From the NCBI GenBank assembly GCA_004431415.1, contig QPMI01000029.1, forward strand, positions 186,001-250,000: DNA of 64,000 nt, given 5' to 3'. The notes beneath the pieces were generated by a model that saw only the letters and a list, made by a program, of their open reading frames with translations, was not told the origin of the DNA and did not search any database. A program made the position numbers and the translations under genes. The DNA comes from Cyanophora paradoxa CCMP329. Lineage: Eukaryota > Plantae > Glaucophyta. Of this stretch, positions 55,601 through 64,000 are shown one piece after another (the first letter of the stretch is position 1; every line of letters starts with the position of its first letter).

Positions 55601-56763
55601 GCGGGCGGGCGGACCCGGGGGGCGCAGAGTGCATGGCAGGGGCGGGCCAGCTCGAGGAGGCGGGGCGGGAGGCGGAGCGGGCCGAGCGGGCGCTCGCCGG
55701 CGCCGGCGCCAGCGCGGACGCCCTCCAGAGGTGCGCATGCGCGGTCCGGTCGCCCTCCCTCCAAGGCTCGACGGGCGCGCCCTGAGCCGCAGCGGCAGGG
55801 TTCAGGATCAGCGGCGCGTCATCGCGGGCGAGCTGCTGCAGCGCGAGGAGGCGAAGAAGCGGGAGGAGGCGCAGAGGCGGGAGGAAATGGCGGCGAAGAG
55901 GAAGGAGGAGGAAGAGGAGGCGCTGCGCGCGAAGGAACAGCGGCGCGCGCAGGAGCGGCGGCAGCTGCAGCGGAAGGAGCAGAAGCGAGAAGAGGCGCGC
56001 CCGCAGGCGGAGGGAGCCGAGCGGCAGCGTGCGGCGGAGCAGCTGCAGCAGCGGAGGCGCGAGGAAGAGCGGCGGGCCGCGCAGGCAGCTGCAGCCGCGG
56101 CAGCGCCAGCGGAGACCTCAAGCCCGCCGCCTTCCGAGGCCGGCCCCAGCTCGGGCCGTTGGTCGGAGGCTGCGGCTGCGGCTGCCGCCTGCCGCTTCTT
56201 CGCGAGGGGCCTCTGCCGCAACGGCGACCGCTGCCGGTGCGGGAGGTTGGGCGGGCCGGGGCTTCGAATTCCCCGCGCGCCCCTAGCCTCTCGCGCGGTC
56301 GTCCCGCCCCTCTGTCGACTGTTTGTTTGGCAGGTACCGGCACGAGGCGAGGGCGGACGCCGGGGCGGGGGCGGGCGACCTCGAGCCTGGGCCCGCGCCG
56401 GCGCCTTTCGCGGCCCCGAGGGGGCAGATCCAGGGCCCGCGGGCGAGCCCGGGCCCGAGTGCGCCATCTGCCTCGGGCCCCTGTCTGCCGGCCCGCCCGC
56501 CGCCGCCCTCCCCTGCCGCCGTGCGCCCCGCACCCAAAGCGTCTCTTGCTTCTCTAATTATAATGCCTAAGATTTACCTTGCGCTTGCATCTCCGCAGAC
56601 CGCTTCCACGGCCCCTGCATCGAGGCGTGGAGAAGGGCGATCGCGAGCTCGGGCGGGGCCGCCGCCGGCCGCCGCCCTGCCCCTTCCGCTGCCCCCTCCC
56701 GGCGCGCCCCACTCGGCCCTACCTGCCCCCGGCCTCTTCTCCACTCGAGCCTCTTCCCAGTAA
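52620..56763 (+). CDS. Multi-exon host gene: TPR-like repeats, coiled coil, CCCH zinc finger, RING-H2 finger
   Basis: Removing intron 56237-56333 gives C-x7-C-x5-C-x3-H. Removing 56521-56598 gives CAICL...PCRHRFHGPCIEAW...CPFRC (needs one base fix). TPR-like LGGVHHARGDLPSAKRAY. The 5' end is uncertain. Confidence 0.65.
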
Positions 56764-57557
56764 TTTATTCGCCTTTCAGGCGTTTAGCTTGCAATTGCTG
56801 CACGACAGCCGATTAGCTGACGTCTTATCGTCTGCTCTGACCTATAGCTATATATATCAAGGGGGGGTCGACTGCTTTTCCCCGCAGCGCTGGCAAACGC
56901 ACAAGCACACTGCGACCGCATGTAAAGCGCAGGCTGCGCAGCCCGCCGAGCGATCGACTCGGCGACCTGCTGCCGGCGCCGCTACGGCATGCGCAGCCGC
57001 GCGCTAGATATGCAGCTGCGGGCCTAGGCGCGAACGGTACCGACAGCTTGCATGTGATCATGACCAGGACAGTCGGATATCTAGATCTTATAAATCAACC
57101 GCGCGACCCTGAGAAGAGGGCGCCGCGCGGGGGAGGGGGCGCGGCCCAGCGCGGCTCTAGCTTGCTAGCTTGGTCCTAAGAAACCTGGTCTTGCAGCCCC
57201 AGAACGACCCTAAGAAGAGGGCGCCGGGCGGGGGCGAGGCGCGATGCTCTAGCTTGGCCGGCCCGGGCGGGGGTGGGGTGGGGCGGGGGGCGCCGCGCAG
57301 GCCGTGAACAGTTCGCATTTGGACACGTACTCAAAACGCAGGTCCGGGCTACAAGTGTGGGAATGTACACTGCGGCCGCCGCGGCCGCGGGCCCAGCCCA
57401 CCAGCGAACTGGCCGGCCGGGCCCTGCGTGGCCCCCTAAGGAGAGTAATGCGCCTCCCCGCGGACACTCTGGCTAGCTAAATAGCTACATGTGCCCGCAT
57501 GCGCGGCGTGGTGCTGCATCGCGTCTTGTGGCGGCGGGGGGTCGTCTAGGGGCGGTG

Positions 57558-57945
57558 GCGGGAGCCCCTACAGGCCCATGGAGGGAACCCGACATGAGGT
57601 CAGCCTGCGGTGGGCGCGAAGAGGGGTCAGATCGTAATCCAAAATCAAAACAAACGGGGCCGCACTCGATCGACGAGCCTCCCACCCAGAGGAGCGCCTG
57701 CGCGGGCGGAGGACGATCAGCCGCCGAGCAGGCCGACGCTCCAGGGCACCTGCGCGCGCGGTGCGCACCTGGGGCGCGTCTTGGACGGGAGCCCCTACAG
57801 GCCCTGTGGGGGGCCCGACATGGAGTCAGCCTGCGCCGGAGGGCGAAAAAGGGGGTCAGATCGATATATCGAAAAAGCCTTTGTTTTCAAAGGGAACGGG
57901 GGCGCACTCGATCGACGTGCCTCCCGCCAAAGGCGAACGCCTGCG
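57558..57945 (+). repeat. Degenerate direct repeat, about 230-bp period
   Basis: GGGAGCCCCTACAGGCCC...CCCGACATG...GGGGTCAGATCG...CGCACTCGATCGACG occurs twice. Confidence 0.7.
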
Positions 57946-58475
57946 CGCCGAAGGGCGCAACGATGCATCAGAGGACCATCGCGGCAGGACTTCATGAAGG
58001 ACCAGGGCGCAGAACGAACTGGGCATTTGCTCGAGCACGATGGATGTGCCCGAAGCCTCGCCAGGCCGCGCGGAGGCGGCCCGCCGCTGATTCTGGTGAC
58101 CTGTAACGCGTGCATTCGCTGAGCATGCGGACCACGATGAGGGGAAGACGACGGGAAGACGCCAACGCACCTTGCAATGCTGCACGGAATGGAATGTGAC
58201 CGCGAAACCAGTGTTGACCTGCTATATACGTGGTTCATAATGCAACGTTTCAGCTTTCGACTTTCGAGCATGAAAGGCGAGGGGAAAAAGTGGTTTTCGA
58301 GGGGAAAACGTAAGGAGGTCGGGTGAACAGTTCCGCTTCGAATTTAAATTTAAATCATTGAGTCTTGTTGAAATCATTGAATTGCATTCCACTCCTAGAG
58401 ATCTCCTCTCCTCTAGATCTCCTCTCGCTGCACGCGCGCGCATGCGCAGCTTCAGCTGCAGGCGCCCCCGCGAAT

Positions 58476-60167
58476 ATGGTGCGCCGTCTATCTGCATCAC
58501 CGATGCGGACCGCTGATGCCTGCATGCGAAAATCCGATTTTCGCAGCCGGAGACACGATCGAGGGCCAAGCGCCGCGGCTTCAGTGGCCCCAACGCCGCG
58601 GCGTCAGTGGCCCCAACGCCGAAGCGGAAATGCGGGCGTCGAGGCAAAGCAGAAGGTGCGCGTCGATCGCCTCGAGCTTCTGCAATCGCAGATATCGATA
58701 TCGATCGCGAGCGCTTTTTTGCAGCGAGTTCGCTCTCGCTGGAAACGCTGCCGGACGACGTTCTCTGGCAAGTGCTCGAGCACCTCGGAGCAGCGGACGC
58801 CTTCGACTCGCTGGCGGGCGCGCGCGAGCCGCCGCCTGCGGGACCTCGTCCGTGGCCACGGCACTTGGAGCTCGCTTTCGCTGCCGTGGCCCTACTTCCG
58901 CAAGCACCTCGGGCAATTGCGGCACGAGGAGGAAAAGAAGTGGCCGATCGTCAGCCCGCGGCGAATTCTGGAGGCCTGGGCGGCGCGGGTGGAGAAGGGC
59001 CTCGTGAAGGTGCGCTCGAGCTCGCACGTGCGTCGGACGCGAAAAGCTTCGGCGTTCCATGGCCATGACTTCACTGCAGGCGCGGTCCTTTCAGGTGGAC
59101 ACGACGATCGATGGGGAAGACGTGGACCCGGACCTCTACGGAGACGACTTATACATTGACATTGAGGAGAAGTACGGGACGGATCTGGACGTGATGTGCG
59201 ACGTCGACTCGCCACACCCGAACAAGTACAACAATTACGGCAGCTCCGAGTTCTGGGGCCGGGCTGTCCCCTTCCTCCGCTTCCTTCGCCACATGGGCCC
59301 CGAGCTGCAGAGCATCTCCATCACCCACGGCGGCGTGCGCCCATTGATTACGACTGTCTGCGCGAATTTTTGAATCGATCGCGATTTCGCTTAAGCCTGT
59401 TTCGTGAATCAGATCTCGCCTCCGTACGGTCTCTCTCCGGTCCTGAATGCCAGCTGGGGGCCCGACTACGACTACAGGATGCTCTGGGAGGCGGAGGAAA
59501 AGGCAAGCTGCGAGCTCCTTAAAATTAGGCCTTTTCTTGACCGAAAACGGTACCGGTGCAGGCTCTGATGGGCAGGCTAGCGCTGTACGTGGCCGCGCTC
59601 CTGGCGCAGCTCGCGCCTCTCGGCTCCACCCTTCAGAGCTTCTCGATCCGCCTCTGCGGGGAGCCGCCTCGCGCCGGTGCGGATGCGCATGCGATACCGT
59701 AGAAGTTCTCGAGACCTTTCGCTGTTTTCCCTGGCTGAGCTGGGCCGGGGGCGCGACGCATGCAGTCAAAAGCTATCCATTCGAGGGAGTTCGTGTGCTT
59801 TGTTCGCGAAATTGCGCACTCGAGCTCGTTGTCACATTTCGCGCAGTCTAGTCCTGCAGGGGTCACTGGCGCGAGCTGAAGCCGGCCCTCGCCCCTTTCT
59901 CCGCCCTCCGCCGCCTCCACATCTACGCCGTACACCTCCTCGAAGCCGAGGAGCTGCGCACCGTCGGCGCCGCGCTGCCGGCCCTCCGCGAGCTCGGCAC
60001 CTGGTGCAAAGGGGACGAGAAGAGGGGCGCAGTCGACCCCGCGGCGCGCCTCTCCCCCCTTCAGGAGCTCATCCCGAGCCTTGAAGCGGTGCCTTGAGCT
60101 TTTCGAATTACGGACTAGATTATCATCTCCCATCAGCGAGATCAAAGAATACGGGGACATATACTAG
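58476..60167 (+). CDS. F-box protein with LRR-like C-terminus (intron-containing; boundaries approximate)
   Basis: LETLPDDVLWQVLEHL...ASRRLRDLV F-box motif; LRR-like ELQSISIT and LPALREL. Confidence 0.65.
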
Positions 60168-61543
60168 ACTCGCGCCCAGTGATATCGATACGCCCCGGCC
60201 CCTTTAGTTTTACAGACTGTGACCCCGTCGACGTCGTGTCGCGATCATGAGCCGCTGCACGGCCTCCAATTGCCCAAATTACAATTGCAAGCTGCCTCGT
60301 GCATTCGCCCCCTGTGGCGAGCCGCCCTAGGCCTTTCGCCGCGCTTTGCGGCCTCCCTAGCTATATATAGGCCTCGGCCTGCCCCTTCTCCGGATCCCTC
60401 CTCCCGTTTCCCCCATTAATCACAGCAAGGTCGTTAATTCCTTGCTCCCCCTCTCTCCGCATATGATTGCGGGGCGGGCGGCCGCGGGGGCGGGTGGGGA
60501 GGGCGGGGCGGGGTAATGTATGGCGGGGGCGGGCGGGCGGGCGGGGGGCGGGGCCCGAGGCCGGCGGCCGGCGGCCGCGGCCCCCGACCTAATTGCGATC
60601 TAACTGAGTCGTCGACCTAATTGCAATTAGATCGCAATCAGGTCCTTGCAATTGGATCGCAATTAGGTCCTTATGCCCATTTTATTGTCGGAATTTAGTC
60701 GGGGCGATCCAATATATTAAGTCTCAGTTAGGTCGTAATTAGATCAGTTGACGTTCGGACCCCTTTTTACTAGTGATCATGAGAAGGAGCCGTCGGGGCG
60801 GGGGAGCAGCGCCGAGACGGTTTCCGCGTCCTGCTTCGAATTCTATGTCAAATTTTGTCAAATTTGTCAAATGCGCCCAGCAGCAGGCGTAGAACAATTA
60901 GAACCTTTCCTTGGCCCGCAGACCCTGCGGCCAGCTTTCAGAGGAGTCCGCTCTTTCTCTCTTTTATTTTCTTTCCACGGACCGCTGCCTTTCTTTCACT
61001 TTCTTAGCAAACGTCTCATACCTTTTTTCGGGCCTGGCCCCTAGCCCGGTGCACCAGATTGTTTAGCACAGTCGGCTGCTAGCGGGGCTGCGCCCCTCCC
61101 TTGAACAACTACAGCTAGTTCTCTTGTATGGGCCCAGCCCCACTGCTTTCACGAAGGCTTTTTTGAGATTTTTGCCTTCGGCCCTGCAACTTAGACTAGA
61201 GATTAGATAGGCCTAAGCCTGGATGTGGGGGGGGGGGGGGGGGGGGGGGGGAGGGGCGGGGGAGGGGGGGCGGCGGGGCTAGGAAGAGGGTGCCCGCATA
61301 GGTAAGGACGCGCCCGCTCAGGACCCTCGGCGGCGACGGGAGCGGGAGGAGGTAAAAACAAATTTAAATCACAGGCATTCACGTTCAGCTACAGACTGCA
61401 AGCGCATGCGCAGCTGCACTGTCTCCTGCACAGTGCCTGCACTGCGGCAGCTACAAATTTCCTACAATTACTACTAGTATATATATAGGCTACTTGGCAT
61501 AGTAGGCTGCACATATCGTTGCAGGATTACTACGTATACCGTA

Positions 61544-61955
61544 CGTGTAACACTTAAGTAATTAATGCGGGCACTTTAGTATTTTTTTTGAGAGACTACG
61601 GAAGGGCAAACCCCCCGTATAGGTACTACGGTAGTAAAATTAAAAATCGACAAAGCAATCACAAATCAAAGATAGTCGTAGGCAATCGCGATCGCAAGAC
61701 GTATATACGCATAAGAACTAGGGATCACGACGAGGGACAATGCGGTCCCAAATTAATGCGTTTTTCGCTGTCAAAACGCATTAATTTGGGACCGCATTAA
61801 TATCGAAACGCTAAGAAAGTGCTGTATGTACCCCTTACAGCAGCCAAAAGGCTTAAGCTTCAAAACGCATTAATTCGGTGCCACATTATTATCAATACCA
61901 GGGGTCCGGGTCCAAAAACGCATTTATTACTGGCGCATTAATTAAGTGTTACACG
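61544..61955. mobile_element. MITE-like element (copy 2 of 13241-13648)
   Basis: Same TIRs and internal palindrome. Confidence 0.6.
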
Positions 61956-62103
61956 GTAGTATACTAGTAGCCTAGTAGCTAGTATTGGTAGTATGGTACT
62001 AGCGCAGAAAACAAAATCCGACCGTCGGACCGATGATATCGATCGTGTCTTTTGGCACTTCCGGGATCACGGCGGGATCGGATATCGAATCATATTAACG
62101 ATA

Positions 62104-62366
62104 CCGTAATACACAATATATTATGTCATGCAAATTTATGTCGTTTTAAAACCCGAGCCTTCTCTATGCGAAATATGACGTCCCCAAATTATGTCGGCGT
62201 GCAATTTTCAGGCTTGTATGGGGCGGTAAAATTGGGGGGTACTATATGGGGCGGCTTAGCGAGCCCAAATTATGACGTCTCCAAATTATGTCGTTTTGTC
62301 AAGTTTTAGGCGACATAATTTCGGGACGACATAATAAAGTACAGACCTTAATATTCTGCATTACGG
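62104..62366. mobile_element. Tc1/mariner-type MITE
   Basis: TA-CCGTAATACACAATAT ... ATATTCTGCATTACGG-TA. A truncated left part is also at about 13795-13852. Confidence 0.65.
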
Positions 62367-64000
62367 TATCCGATCATTCCGATGATCGATGCCACAATGC
62401 AGCCACGTGCACATGCCGGCGCCATGATGCATCATGCTGCTGATTCATGCATGATCACGAATCACGATCATCGCCGACTCGACGCCGAGTCGGATGTGGC
62501 GGGATCGATATCCATCAGGAGTCAGGACTCCGGACTCCGGATCGAATCCAGAGCCTACTAGGCTAGCCTAGTAGGAGTCTAGGACACTCAGGCTAGGACT
62601 CTAGCCGAGAAGCCAAGTAGAAGGCTACGTATACTTAGTAGTATAACCTCGAGGCTGTCGCGAATCCAGACTCGCGATCGGAGACTCGGACTCGCCGAGT
62701 CGCGAGTCGCGATCGGAAATCGCGGCCCTGATTCGCGGGATCCCGGCCCGAATTTCCGGAAATGAAATTGGCGCCTCGAGTTTCCGGCCCGAATCCCGGG
62801 ATTCCCGGCCCGGTACGCGTCCGGAGGCTCCGGAGCCTCGATCGGACCGGACTCGGACTCACCGGAGAGTCCAAGCGTGTGGCACGAAATTACCGCGGCA
62901 TAAATTACCGCGTTATAAGCTATAAGCCTATATATAACTTATAAGCCGGCCCTGGTCCGGGCCGAAGGTGGCCAAAATACCGCGGTACCAAATTACCGCG
63001 TTACTAGTATAAATTTTGAGGCTTGTATGGAGCAGTTATTTTGGGGGGTACTGTACCAGTGTTTGGAGCAACTTAGCAGCAGGTTCAACGGTTATTACCG
63101 CGTTATCGAATTACCGCGTTTCGTCAAGATTTTGGCCATGGCGCGGTTATGTCAAGATTTTGGCGTAGTCGGAGGCTTGGAGCCCCGCTGCCGACTCGGG
63201 GTCGAGACTGTCCGACCGTCGCGATCGGACGGTCGAGTCTCGCGAGTCGCGAGACTCGCGACGGACTCTCTCCGGGAGGAGTCCCGGGATCCGGAGGAGC
63301 CCGGAGGACGGAGCCGGCGCCTCAGTGAACTTCGGGCTCTTAAGTTTGTACTAAGTTAGAGGCTCGCCGCCGGGTCGCCGGCTCCGCGGCGCAATTGCGA
63401 GTCGCGACTCGCGAGTCGCGACCGATCATCAGATCATCGGCTATCCGTGCCATGCAGCATGCAGATTCCGTGGTATCGCAGGCTTCGCAGCTTATAAACT
63501 GCTTCTTGCATGCGCAGCCGGCGCTTGCACCGCTGAACTGATCGTACGATCCTGATCATGACCAAACGCATGCGGGAGGCGTTTTCCAGTCGACTTCCAC
63601 GAGCAGAAATTGCGGGCCTCCGGATCCCGATGCATGCGCGTACGGCAATTGCAACGTCTCTGCAGCTGCGTGCGCATGCGCACCAAACCATATGAATATC
63701 ACGCGATGCACGTGTGATGCGCACATGCATATTATGCGCTTGCGGCAGTTCACATGTGCATGGTCTTCGGCGTTGTGGCGATGCTGGGCGGGACTGCAGC
63801 TGGCGCGACGCCTCCTGGCGACCCCGACTCCCTTGTTCAGCCTGGAGCGTACACCTTCTGTGCAGGAGGCAGCGGACCCGCGCAAGCAGGTAAGCACCCA
63901 GTACTGGCAATATAAGCTGCATCACCCCGGGCCCGGGCCCCCGGGCCGGGCCCGGCGGCCGGCGCCTCGGAAGATGTCGCGGTGTGTACACACTCGAGCT

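Larger units (their letters stand above)
58210..62162 (+). repeat. Host segmental duplication, copy 2
   Basis: Direct copy of 10040-13852. Confidence 0.95.

Noticed and set aside
1-64000. rRNA or tRNA genes
   Set aside because: No recognisable conserved rRNA segments or cloverleaf seen by eye; a covariance-model scan was not run.

Overview
Eukaryotic (probably protist) genomic DNA. The host sequence is very GC-rich with short GT-AG introns and carries two AT-rich integrated DNA viruses of the Polinton/Maverick-like (PLV) type. Element A (21281-48789, about 27.5 kb) is nearly complete. It has long terminal inverted repeats (TIRs) and encodes a protein-primed family B polymerase (pPolB), an rve integrase, a TVpol-SF3 helicase, an A32-like ATPase, a double-jelly-roll capsid and two penton-like proteins. 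It also carries five fibre-like genes, a patatin-discoidin fusion and a prokaryotic-type AdoMet decarboxylase. Element B (1-10039, left part outside the window) is a sister virus with a homologous pPolB and integrase but an AEP Prim-Pol/SF3 helicase. The most striking non-coding signals are three. (i) SaPI/P4-like iteron blocks sit directly downstream of each helicase gene and again in the terminal region, and the iteron word differs between the two viruses. (ii) Both viruses end in a 28-bp ACACATA...TATGTGT stem, which in A encloses three tandem GCGNAGC mini-hairpins. (iii) CpG depletion that spares TCGA is visible in B and in part of A. Host DNA includes a 2.67-kb tandem array (A's target), a 3.9-kb duplication with an F-box gene (B's target and its empty site), MITEs and a TPR-CCCH-RING gene. 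Many frameshifts look like long-read homopolymer errors. All protein assignments come from motif recognition by eye; no searches were run.
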